Assembly: GCA_051362555.1 (NCBI GenBank)
Contig: CM120649.1
Location: forward strand, 6,138,001 to 6,202,000
From: Lingula anatina
Taxonomy: Eukaryota > Animalia > Brachiopoda
Direction of reading: 5' to 3'
Length of the DNA: 64,000 nucleotides
The notes below the pieces were generated by a model. That model saw only the letters and a program-made list of their open reading frames with translations. It was not told the DNA's origin and did not search any database. Below, piece after piece: positions 26,319 through 38,400 of this stretch; the stretch's first letter is position 1; each line of letters starts with the position of its first letter. The position numbers and the translations under genes are program-made.

Positions 26319-26948
26319 ACTTTCTTGTTATCACGACAGCAGCGTCTTTGTATGTGTATTTGAATTGAAATGCCGACAGACAAACCAAATATAATGATTT
26401 ATAGTTGCTCTGGGTGGTGAATCAATTGAAATGCATTGAGAGAGCTGGGCAGAAGGGTCGCTATTATTTGAATATCTATAAGGGCGCCTTTTAATCCATC
26501 TTTCACAGTTTCCCAACTGATATATTATGGTAACTTAAAACAGGTCTATTTTATGTCGCATGGAATCGAACCTCATTAAATGTCAAATTGAAAATCTAAT
26601 TAAAAATCGATGGCTCCTTGTACAATTTTGAGTTACGTCTCTTTACGTAACAATGCCAGTTTTAGCTTTAGATTTGTTGTCTGCAGTCATAAGAATGTGT
26701 ATTAGTAGCATAGTTGCATGTAAAACAAAGAATGCGACCGAAAGACTGAAATCAGCCATAGCGAAGAATACTTGGATTCACGCCACAGAAGATAGTTTTT
26801 CAAATGGCTAAGTTTATGCTTTGTTTATAATGTTTTTCTACAACATAAAACATGATCATACATTCACAGTGTCCGAGAAGTAGTCAAACAGGCTCCATGT
26901 AAGAACAATAACACTTTGAATCATACAATGTGCCGCCATGACTACACA

Positions 26949-27012
26949 ATAAATAAATAAATAAATATATAAATAAATAAATAAATGAATAAATAAATAA
27001 ATAAATAAATAT
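26949..27012. repeat. (TAAA)n microsatellite
   Basis: Imperfect tetranucleotide run. Confidence 0.9.
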
Positions 27013-27708
27013 AAAACAATATGAAAAAGATCATTCGATTAGCAATGCATGTAACTATGAACAGTACCATCTTAGTTTATATGCCATAAACATAAACTAA
27101 ATTAACTTCTTTTAAGTAGCCAGGGTTCTCCAAATACAGACCAACAAATGTGTACCTGGATATTCAGCAAGAGGGCAACGATGGGTATACATTGGTCAGA
27201 GACATTTCATGTTCATACATTTGCATTGAAATAAACTGTGTTGTAGCAGACATACCAATGTTTATAATGATATCTTACTTATAGAGAGTACTATGGGAAG
27301 CCGATCTTTATTTCAAGCCAATTTTCAAAGCAGCTAAACTGTGTGCAGAAGAAGAAGGGTAAAAACACATTTTTTTCCTTACAACTTTTTATTCCTATGC
27401 ATTAATATTGTGATAACTACTTTACATAAATGAAACGATAAAGAAGCTACTTTACTTAATGGACCAATATACGCAATTACAATTTATATAATTCAATTAT
27501 TAAAAATGCTTGCTATGTGCATGAACACATTTATTCCTTTTGACCGTTACCGTGGGCAATATAAAATACCCAAATCCAAATAAAATACCCCCTAATATAC
27601 ATTAAAAACAATAAGAATACTTAAAGAAACCAAATTAATAACTTGAAGGTCCAGCATGTCGTTCCCTCTTAATAAATCTCGTAATGTGATAAAAAAAGAA
27701 ACACGTTG

Positions 27709-28123
27709 CTAATTGCATATCAGCAAATCAATTTTTTTTTTTATTTTCATTAACCCATGGATACGTTTACAAACACTCAGTGGTGACTCGGCGCCAAATA
27801 TTGGCAACCCGTTTGCTTTATAGTATTTCATCAAACGGCGGACGGCGGCATAATGATCCTTCTGTGCTTTCCTGCAGCGTGGGTCCCATGTCCATTCTAT
27901 ATTTGCAAAATTGAACAAATTTCTGTGAATGGCACTCCTGTCAAAATGCTCGCATTCTTTTGGACAAATATGGAAACCTCCCGAGAAACATAAACCCTCC
28001 ATCATAGCTTGAGGAGCGTAGGCATGCTTGTCGTACGGGGTAAATAGTAACTCAGAAGACCTGGGCCTGTGGTACTTCCAGTGAATTGAGAGTCTGGCCA
28101 TAGGCTGTTCCTTCTCCGAAAAA
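27709..28123 (-). pseudogene. 3' fragment of a third glycosyltransferase-like copy
   Basis: FSEKEQPMARLSIHWKYHRPRSSELLFTPYDKHAY... aligns to the GT1/GT2 C-terminus; similarity ends abruptly at about 28123 and no 5' part is present before GT2. Confidence 0.8.
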
Positions 28124-28371
28124 TAATGAAAAAATAATAATGCGTAGAAATATTAAGTAATGTTTTAACGAGCTTATTTACAGACAACATCTGGACAGGA
28201 AAACTGTTTTAAAATCCATTACCCTGTGGGTACTCCATTCATGCTTACATCCATTGCTTTCTAAGATGCGGCACCAATGGAAATCATTTGATAGGCTACA
28301 ACAAGGCTGCATGACGGCAATGCGCAACATCATCCTATACATACGTAACAAATAAACGACATCCAGCATGA

Positions 28372-29468
28372 GATAAGAATAACTCTTTTGGCGTTAGATT
28401 TGATTTATATACGTAGAAAGTAGTGTCAAAGGAACTCGCAAAAATGGTTAAGACCGTTTTCATGTAAAAGTAAGAAACCCTATTTGGAGAAAACAACAGT
28501 GGAAATATTTCTGAATTATTTATTTAACATTTTCACGTGTTGCTTCGCTTAATATTAATCAATGCACACGTGTCACATGACGTCACAAGCTTCAGATCAG
28601 ACACGTTTCTGTTTATGTTGATGCAAGTGACGTATGCAAGAAGAATATAGTTTGTTTGACAATTCTAGCTGCAGGAAAATAATGCAAAGCGATGCCTATT
28701 TGCGTTAAGGCAATTGAACTAGAGGGATACGAAACAGAAATACTGAGGAAAATGTGTGCGATTTTTCTGTTTTTTTAGATTGCGTTATCATATGTTAACT
28801 CTATACCCAATTAGGCTAACGGTCTAAAAGACTTAAAGCAATAATAACTCTTCCTTTGAGATTCAAAATTCCGCAAGAAATACATTGTTAACAACGCTTG
28901 GAAATATATTCTGTTGCATTTTCCCACTAAAACGACTGTTATTGTAGTAAAACTAAAATCTGTGCTTGTCACTTGGGCTTTCGATGCCTTTTCTGCGGTC
29001 GACAAGTGCATCCGTTGCTAATGACGTAATGGTGTCACGCAGATTCTCGCGTTCATTCGAGACCAAAATAACATGGCGGGAAACCCTCAGACGTAAGTTG
29101 CGAGTTTTTTTTACAGTGCGTCGGATAACGAAAAGCCCAGAATTGCACACATTGTAGATATAAATGCATTTTGAGCAAAAAAGACGAATATATCTTATGA
29201 ATCTTATAATATTGTTATATAGTGTTGTTGTCTGCTTTTCCCGCGGTTTTAAGTAGGTCACTAGAAACTATCCCTCGATACGAGAGGGCTCCGTCAGTTA
29301 AAATCTCTTAAGAGATTTTAACAAAAAACCGTACGTTTAGGAAAAAGAACCTGGATTAACTTTGAATGCAGGAATGGGGTCGTTGACCATTGGTAAGTAC
29401 GGGAAAATTGTCGTTTTTTCCAGGAAAATCGTATTTTTGGCCAAAACGAAGAGTCATTATGACTTTAA
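28372..29468. mobile_element. Longer, degenerate member of the TTAA-MITE family seen at 6576-6912
   Basis: Right end 29300-29468 aligns with 6750-6916 and ends aagagtcattatgactTTAA; the left end is only a remnant (ataagaataactctt). Confidence 0.55.
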
Positions 29469-29536
29469 GATCAACATAAATATATGTATGCGAAACAGGT
29501 TAAAAAACAAATTGCCAAGTGCAGTAAATCGGCATA

Positions 29537-31171
29537 TCAGTTTTTATTGATTTTCATTAACCCAAAGAGATTCTTACAAACACTCAGTGGTGATTTGGCG
29601 CCAAATATGGGCATTCTGTTTGCTTTGTAGAATTTCATCAAACGGCGGACGGCGACATAATGTTCCTCTTGTGCTTGCCTGCAACGTGGGTCCCACGTCC
29701 AATCTTCAATTTCAAAATTAAACAAATTTCTCTGAACGGCACTGCTGTTAAAATGCGTGCACTGGTCAGGACAAATATTGAAACCTGCCGAGAAGCAGAT
29801 GCCCTCCATCATAGCTTGAGTAGCGTATGCATCCTTGTCGTATGGGTTGAATAGTAGTTCAGAAGTCCTTGGTCTGTGCCACTTCCAGTGAATCGAGGTT
29901 CTGGCCACAGGCTGATGTTCTTTCTCCGAAAAATTCTCACGATAATATTCCATCGACACTCGTCCAGGGCTTTTACCCTTCCATGTATCGTTTGGATATA
30001 TCTGGATGCGGAATTCGTAGTCATCTCTGTGGAAAGTATATATGTATTGACACATCATATTGAACTGCGCCACACCCAGGTATGATTTTGAAATACTTGC
30101 AAATACTTCGCTAAACGACATGTTGTGTTTATTTTCTAGAAAATGTCTCAATTCAATAATATGGCTCACTTTAATAATCACGGGGAAGTAGGCCATACAT
30201 CGAAGTACTTCCGGTTCACCAAAAAGGAAACGCGTCTTTTCGGCCGCAGCGGACCAATATTTTTTATCAAATTTACCAACAATGGCGAAAACAATAGGTT
30301 TTCCACCAATGAAAAGATCTTCTGGCGTAACCATGGTTACAAACAATGTATCCGTGTCAACAAAACCAACATAGTCTGCCTTCGTATAGTTATCAGGATA
30401 GAACATCGACCACTGCTGGCGGTTGTGGCCTATGGAGTTATATGCATGTGGGTTGGGATCTTCATAATGTACTTCTTGATTAGGACTTGTGAGCCTTAAT
30501 TCACGGCCAAGCTTGTGATCCAGATCAGATTCTTTGTCCAGAACGATGACCACTTTGGTGTCATTCGGCCAGAATAGACGCATGCTTTGCATTAAGATAT
30601 TGTCATATAACTTCCTCGTTTTGTGGTACATTCGCACGAATATGACAAAACTTGGTAAAGTCTCCCAAGGGTTGCCTGTAAATACAGTAAAATTTGAGGC
30701 CAGTAGATTTAGGTTCCAATGGATCTATAGATCAATAATATGAATAAAACTAAGTACATAAAATTGCTTCATGAACGATACAGTGTACCAATCTTTAGTG
30801 TACTATGGTATGACAAGTATGAATGTCCATACATAACACAAATTTAAATGGATAAAACAGATTGATGAATGCCATTAAATAGAGAATACACATTTTAAAC
30901 AAAAAATGCCACCTTGGTTGTTAAACGCAACGCAAAACACTTTACGGGTACCTAAATTATCTATCTCTTTTGATGCATGGTAGCCCTGGCCGTCCGGTTG
31001 TTTCGTGACTGGAAGATGCTCTGTAACGTCCGGGATCCTCGAGCTCTGAAATGCCTCCGGCGAAATCCTAGTTCTACCCTTCTTCAGAATCATCGAGTAA
31101 ATTAGGAAATACGTGATGACTGATAACGCGGTACATAAAAGCGTTAACAGCGTTTGCTTCGTCCAATGCAT
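29537..31171 (-). CDS. Type II membrane glycosyltransferase-like protein GT2 (exons 31171-30952 and 30675-29537)
   Basis: MHWTKQT + TM + stem; donor AG|GTACC (phase 1); acceptor ttttactgtatttacAG|GC; VGFVDTD DxD motif; close paralog of GT1. Confidence 0.75.
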
Positions 31172-32813
31172 TGCAATTGAAAATTTTACTTCCAACGCGA
31201 TACCCAGTGTGGCTCAGGCTCGGTCTTAGATGATAGCAGTTGCGTTCTTGTGATAGCGTGGATTAGATTTCGTTGGCTAAGAAATAAATTCTTATTCATG
31301 TCCATTGGTGACCACAGACTGGACCTATTATAAGCATAATGTCGTGTCGCGCTGCAAATATAATGTAGTACTAAACTATTTTATGCTTTGGCATGCGAAC
31401 GTATTATGCAAACGATTTGCTTAATGATGTTACTGTCTGAATCTGTGTACCTGCTTACATTTTAGGAAATATTTTAGGACATACCAATTTGACAATTCAC
31501 TGGGTAATTAAGGTGAAAACAGCGTTTTTCTCACGTTTTTATTATCAATTTTTATCTCGCTTTTTTTTCTGATAGTGAACATCATTTATCATCATTAATT
31601 CGCGATAAAGGCACGAGCACCCATGTGTAAATAATGCTTTTAGAATTTATTCCTTTTTAACTCGTAATCGCCATTTTTCTACCAATGCTTAGCTGATCAA
31701 TGTTAAATGAGACTAGAGTTTCATAATTTTTTTAAAAGTATATATTTATTTTTCATTGATACTCATTTCCCGGTTTATTCACTAAAAACAATTTTTTGAA
31801 AGCGGGAGACAGGCAATTGCCTCTGAATTAGGGGGTTTGGCGGGATAGTAACTGTGCTTGGGCTGAATTTCATTATACTGCGAAGAATAGTATTTATATT
31901 CATAAATCAATTTAATTTATTTTAACACAAACTGCCACTGGTTATTATTCACGCATTAGTTTGAAGTTAATGATTTTTTTACATATTAACAATACACACC
32001 ATTCTTATAAAAATTAAATCAATTCTTTTTGGGTCTCCCTAAAAAAAGATTTTTTTACCTCTAAAATTGTGGTCTCTATTGCAGGACAGAAATTCATCAC
32101 GTTCGGTCGCACATGCAAACGCATTGACTCTCAAACTAGCAGAGCAATAGACTCGCGAATTTATTCGCAAGTAACAAATAGCCCTGCGGTAAGTACTGGC
32201 TTGGGTTTTGGGTCAGTGCGTAAATGGAACAAATCCCATGCACCGGCTCATTAATGTCATGAAACTGTGGGGCCGCTGTAAAAAAAGGTCAGATGTAGCC
32301 TCATCTACATGTAAGTGGGCCAAAGGGTTAAAAAATGGGACAAAGCTAACTACTGATAAATGGGGACGGTACCCCTGTGTCGGCGCGTGTATCACAGAGG
32401 ACTCTCTCGCACGAGACACTGATATTTTATTAAACTCTAGGAACCAGTGCCCCCTGTACATGACATGTACTGACACATATAGGCATAAAGAAAGCATACT
32501 ATCCCGGTAGTAGACCAATATGCAACCAAAGCAATGCGTAAGATACTTGCATAAGGCTTTATAGTCGAGATCTCTACTTACAGTTAAATACGTGATAAAG
32601 TGACCCACATAGGTTCGACTGATTTAGATCTAGTGCATATGCACATGTATAACCACAAGGTCACTCTCTCTATATATATATATATGTTTTCGATTATACA
32701 CGAATGGACTTTGCCTCCCATTTCTCATTTCCTATTTCTTGACTCGAAGACCTACGCACGCTTTAACACGGTCTTATCGTTAACGTAAACAAGCCACGAT
32801 ATGCAGGCAGTAG

Positions 32814-32899
32814 TATATTAAGCACACAAAAGATTGTGAAATAACAGAGCAGAGCTAAGCGGGGCCCTGATAATACACCTCAATTCAGCAGGTCACAAG
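32814..32899 (+). promoter_or_regulatory. Putative TATA box and non-coding first exon of ST2
   Basis: TATATTAAG followed by about 75 bp ending CAAG|GTAAG; the block is conserved upstream of ST3 (37257-37338) and ST4 (45484-45565) while surrounding DNA diverges; acceptor ttttttcAG lies just before the ATG. Confidence 0.6.
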
Positions 32900-33477
32900 G
32901 TAAGAAGTACTTATACCCGTACATGTAACTGTCACTAGGCCTACCGTACACCATGACAGATATTTATTTGTTAAACTATAGGCACATCCATCCAGGAGAG
33001 CAATACGATTTCTGTCCATTTAAACATTACTGCATGCATGCGTATGCGTCATATATACATGTATCTACCTGGTAGTGTTCTGAAGCATATATGTATCAGT
33101 TTACATTCTCCCAAAGGCCTATTACCATTGTAATAGCGATTTAATAGTCTATACACGTTGCCTCTAAGACAATTATTTGTCCGAATGGAGAATGCAGTAT
33201 CTGAGAAAGGTGTAGGAGCTAGGGTAGGGTGGGGTGGGGGTGGGGGTGCGAGGGATATAGGCCCTCCTCCCCCCCCCCCCCACCACCAACACCACCAGGG
33301 TCCCAGCTGGGGGGGGGTAGTGATCACAGTTGACTGGAAATAAATTTATTTCACAATTCAAAGTAAGTGAAACTTTATTCTCATCTCAATGAAAATACAG
33401 GATTTACGAGTTTATAAACACGAATTAACGAGTATAAGGCCCTATGATTTCATTTCACGAAGGACGATGAATAAAGG

Positions 33478-33656
33478 CCCGTGTCACAGGAATGGTAGTC
33501 CGCTAGAAACTGTAGTCCGTTCCCCATTACTATAGTACATGTACAGGTGAAATTCGTCTTATATACTAACTCCAACACTCCGACCAACCTTCACCTGTAC
33601 TAAACATATGTGACCCTGGACTTCCATTCCTGTGACTACCATTCCTGTTACACCGG
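33478..33656. mobile_element. Short MITE-like element
   Basis: 23-bp imperfect TIR CCSGTGTMACAGGAATGGTAGTC; TSD not resolved. Confidence 0.65.
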
Positions 33657-34160
33657 CATTAACGAGTCACGCAAGCTACGCGTTAATATGAGCTAGCGTT
33701 TCCCGCATCGTGGGAAATGAAGAGTGGCTTTCACGGCTAACAAAAATACGCCGCGGGGCCCTCCACTTTCAGTTGAGTTTCTAAGTAGGTCTCCCTCCAC
33801 ATATTAACATATTTCAGTTCTGTCCCCAACGTGCCTATATACTAGTAAACTATAGGTCTTATGCAGAATATGCTGACAATTGGAAGTTGATTTTCCGCAT
33901 ATATACTAATGCCATTGCACATTTACACAGAATGTCCCGCAATTAGTATTCATATTCATCCTTCTATATGTTAAGGCTAAATGTTACATGGGATATTGCT
34001 CTACATTTAATAATAGTTGACAGATAATATGCCTGAAGTTGAGCAATCACCGCCTTGATTATTAGTTAATTAATCAATTAACTAACTTGTAATAGTTTGA
34101 TAAATCACATTTTATTTTCACCAGGTGCCATGATCTGTTATTTAATTTTTTCAGAGGAAA

Positions 34161-35474
34161 ATGAAGCTTTTCATCTGGATTGTATTCTGCTTATGTCGAT
34201 TCATTTTCGGCATCGCCCAACAATTGTGGTGGAGAATCACCCGCACCGCTAACACACTTCGTCAAATACAAGATGGCCAGTTGTACGAAAAGTCAGCCCA
34301 TGTCAGGAATATAGTCTGGAAGTGTAAATGGGATGATTTGTCTCCGTCTGAGCCTTCCAAATTTATCACCACACACAGCCATTTTGACCACCCACGTCGT
34401 ATACTAGGAGACGATGTGATCTTGATGTTTTTAGATGAAAACGAAGCTTACTTTGCTCAGACGCCCTTATCGGTAAACATATTCAGTTCTGACCTGAGCC
34501 CTTTCTTATACACGGCGGTATTCAACCATGTGTATCGATTGATAGTCATGCCAATTTCATCATTTCACAGAATCGCAGATGAAATTGGTGATCCTAAAAC
34601 TAAAGTCCTTCTTCTGTCAAACACTGGGCGTTGTGGATCAACGGCAGTCACACAAGTCTTGGAATCAGTCCCAAGGGTTGTGTCCATGAGCGAGCCCGAC
34701 GGTTTCACAAATATTATTATGTTAAGGAAAAAATTATCGAATGAAGATTTGGAAAAGTTTATACAGAGCATGATCAGAATCACCTGTAAGCCGCTGAAAT
34801 CAAACCCGCAGTTAATCTGCATTAAGACAAAGTCCATGGATTTCAACCACGCAGACATAGACGCCCGTTTGTTTCCCGACATGAAACATCTGTTCCTCTA
34901 CCGAAATGGCAAAGAAACCATACAGTCGTTTTATCACGCCTTTGGGTTTTTGCCCATAGCCAGACTTTTCCATGGGATGCAGACTAGTCGCCTTGCCCAT
35001 CGGCTCTTTCCGAACCAAGCTAAATTCTTTTGGAGCATGCTTATGGTTCCTGATCTTCCTTGGCTTCAAGATCCAGAACTAATGATTAAGACTACCATGG
35101 TTGGCATGATGGCGTGTCATTGGGCAGTACAGTGTCATACTTATATCCGCTTTAAGGAAGCAGGTATGGATATCAAGGCCTTTAAGTATGAGGATATTCT
35201 TGAGAACCCACAACATGCCTGTGAGAAGTTGCTAGAATACTGTGGCTTACCCATGGAATACACTGAAGAGGCCTGTAACGCCCTGAAACACGATTCCCAA
35301 CGAGGCATGCTACGATCAAGGAAAGACACGAAAGATAAAGACAGCAAATACCTTATCAAGTGGAACAATCCTGATGTGTTAGCAGAGGTAAATTACTTTT
35401 GCGATCAGGTAGGAATTACACGTATAGGAGAACCTACTCTTTTGCCAGATACCATTTCTTCGCTGTCTTCTTAA
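34161..35474 (+). CDS. Sulfotransferase-like protein ST2 (437 aa, single coding exon)
   Basis: Intact ORF with LLLSNTGRCGST, SEPD, FLYRNG and KYED motifs; full-length paralog of ST1. Confidence 0.82.
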   Translation: MKLFIWIVFCLCRFIFGIAQQLWWRITRTANTLRQIQDGQLYEKSAHVRNIVWKCKWDDLSPSEPSKFITTHSHFDHPRRILGDDVILMFLDENEAYFAQTPLSVNIFSSDLSPFLYTAVFNHVYRLIVMPISSFHRIADEIGDPKTKVLLLSNTGRCGSTAVTQVLESVPRVVSMSEPDGFTNIIMLRKKLSNEDLEKFIQSMIRITCKPLKSNPQLICIKTKSMDFNHADIDARLFPDMKHLFLYRNGKETIQSFYHAFGFLPIARLFHGMQTSRLAHRLFPNQAKFFWSMLMVPDLPWLQDPELMIKTTMVGMMACHWAVQCHTYIRFKEAGMDIKAFKYEDILENPQHACEKLLEYCGLPMEYTEEACNALKHDSQRGMLRSRKDTKDKDSKYLIKWNNPDVLAEVNYFCDQVGITRIGEPTLLPDTISSLSS

Positions 35475-38400
35475 GAATCTTGCGATCGCACTTGTCCAAT
35501 CAACATCAGGAGGATTTTATTATTGTTTATTCGAGAAAATTATATACTTTTACACCGAGATGTGCACTTGGGACTGCAACAGACTTATATGATTCCTTAC
35601 ACTTCTTGTTATTATAAGGGACAAAGCCAATGGATTTCAGAGCATTCTAGCCCAAACTGACGAGCACCATTTTCTGCAAGTAAGCACCTTATAGATATGT
35701 TCCATCCGGATATAGCCCTACCTTTTATGTTAGCCTGCATTTTTTGATTATATGAGTCAGATAATGCAGGGGATAACAATTGCATTTGTAAGATTCTAGA
35801 ACCTTGAGGAATGATGTTTATGTGGGCACATCCCGAGGGGTTAAAATAATGGTTGTCTTATGTGTTGTGCAATTATCAGATTTACATGTATATAAGTACC
35901 GGTAAGAACTGTACCAGAATTGGAAATGGAATTGGGCTATGCGGTAGTCACTTTAATGACTGGTGATGGAGCAAAGACTTTTTATGTGATATATTATTGT
36001 ATTGTCTGCACACAGGTAGAGGCATATCGACTCCTTGCAAATATAAATAAAATGAGTTTTATGTTAGAAGATGAATTGGTTTTGGTTGTTGACAGTTGAC
36101 TATAAATAATTTATATACTTTTAAGCATTAGCTAATTAGAATATAACAACTGCCGTACACAGAAATCCAAGCAGTGGCTTAAATCACGGTCAAGTGAAAT
36201 TATGATCAGAGTCAACGAACTGGAGGTGTCAACATACATATAGTTCCTGGAAACTTTATATATTAATGGGTTTATCTAAAATGATACAAACTAAAGTGCA
36301 CTTACCTGTGTAACAGGAGAAAAATGTATACCCTACCGCTAAATCAATAACATAAAAATGTCCAAGGAAAACATACATAAAACAATTTTAATGCTAACTA
36401 TTTATGATGCCTACTAAACATAAGGATGCGCAATGTCCGCAGAGAATAAGAAAATCCTTTCTAAACTAATGCAATCTAATTCTGACTTAACACCTCTAGT
36501 CCAACAACATAGGGTCATGCCCGATAATAAAAAACGATAATTCAAATTAACGACGCCCATTCAGAAATAACCATTCACAAACGTAAAAATGTCACTGCAT
36601 GACTCCTTCTTAGTGGCGGTTGATTAACACCAGGGCCGCTCCCGGGTCCTTGGCGCTCTCCTCAGGATTCGTAGCTCACAGCGGGCAATGGCACCGTCAG
36701 AGTATTGTCCAAACAGCACGAAAAGCTCTTTATATTCGCACGTTCCTGCACACACTCGTTGGCAATACTCTTCCCTGACAATTTTGTTTAATGTTTAACT
36801 TCAAAACTAAATGATTAAAAAGCAAATACGATGTATATTAATAGAAGAAAACGCGCGTTCGAAAGACGATTTCATGTCATCGACGTTTAACCGCCGATTC
36901 AGGATCGCAGTGTGCTTTCCCAACTCTGTGAAACGAACTGTGCGTTTTCCTCATAATCATTGTATGTATGTGTTTAATATTATATTTCCAATTTACGAAC
37001 ATAAAGCAAAATACGATCCATATTCTCAACGGAAAAAAGGCCTCACAAGATCGGCGCTATGATGAGATTTTGATGCTCATGTCCCAGTGTTGTTACCTAT
37101 TAAATTGGACGTGCAGACACTAAAAGTTGCTCTTTATTTTTGATTATGTATGAACGAGCTTTTTCTATCACTAACTCACATACGCACGCTTTATCACGTA
37201 CGGTCTTACCATTAACGTTTAGTCTACGTTAACACGTTATGGTATGCAGGCATTGGTATATTAAGCACACAAAATGGTAAAATAAAAGAGCAAAGCTAAG
37301 CGGGAAAACGAATACACCTCAATCCAGCAGGTTGCAAGGTAAGTAGAACCAAGGACATTGAATATACGTTTTTGTATCTGTAACTAGACCAACATATACA
37401 GTACAAAATAACTGAGAGTTATTTGTTAAACTATAGGCAAGTCCAGTCGGAGAGGCGATAAGATTTCTGTCCACTTAAAACGTTACGTATATGTTTATGC
37501 TTCTTACTTAATGTCCCAAGGAACAGGGGAGAGTTGTCCATTCCGTGCCACTTAAGGAATAAATGCTTCTGCATCCATACTTATTAGATATACAGACTTG
37601 ACATTTAATATGGAATATTTTCTAATCATTTGTCGTCAGTTTTTTCCCATACTTATTAGATATACATGTATGATGACCCCCACGGGTATATACACAGTGT
37701 ACTGTATATCTATATCTTCATTCACACGCAGCCAAAAGTGAATTCGTCCAATTTACTTCTCATTAGAGCCCGTGAAAAAGTTAAACTAAAGTGTGAATCA
37801 ATTTGCTGCAAACAACTACTAATTTTGAAGTAAAGAAACTATGCAATTGGACGGGTGCCAGACCGATTTAGTCTTCCGAACTTCTGCTCCGTGGTCACCA
37901 TTGTTTGCTAAACTTCAAACTGCAAAAAAAGTGAAAAATGCTTACCTCGTGAAGACGGATTTTGCCGCTGGTATTATGTTTTGGTTTTCGTAATCACCGC
38001 AAGTTGGCGCTGGTGGGAAGCGAGGTGGTACGATAACAATACCTGGTACAGAATGGGTAATGTTCCCCTATGATGCTGTGCACATTTCCCAATAGGCCTA
38101 TAACCGTTGCATGAGCGAATATTATTAGTTTATATATGAACAACGCTACGTCGTATACACGGTAAGTTGTTTCTAAGACAATGATTTCCCTGAATGCAGA
38201 ATGCAGTATCTAGGGAAGGAGTATGAGCTAGGATGGGGTGAGAATGGTATGGAGGGGGCATTTAAAGGCTTTGCGCCATACCGTCAGAATGGCCTGAACG
38301 GAATATTTTCTTCAGAAAACATGCCCAACTAACGATATCTTTATCCAAATACATCTACACAAATTAAAAGCTCATTTTTTTTTTTGGCTTTTAAAAACGT

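Larger units (their letters stand above)
6300..27200. repeat. Three tandem segmental duplication units, each carrying one lectin gene (about 6300-14750, 14750-22520, 22520-27200; borders approximate)
   Basis: Non-coding blocks recur in the same order, e.g. atgtcccagctatcaca-like block at about 6395/14858/22636 and ctctttacgtaacaatgc at about 13433/21966/26639; 15420-15960 and 23200-23740 are nearly identical. Confidence 0.85.

Noticed and set aside
36620-37062. Duplicated short ORFs (e.g. 36811/44927, 15740/23518) as conserved small genes
   Set aside because: Identity is explained by recent segmental duplication; no recognisable motifs or exon structure.
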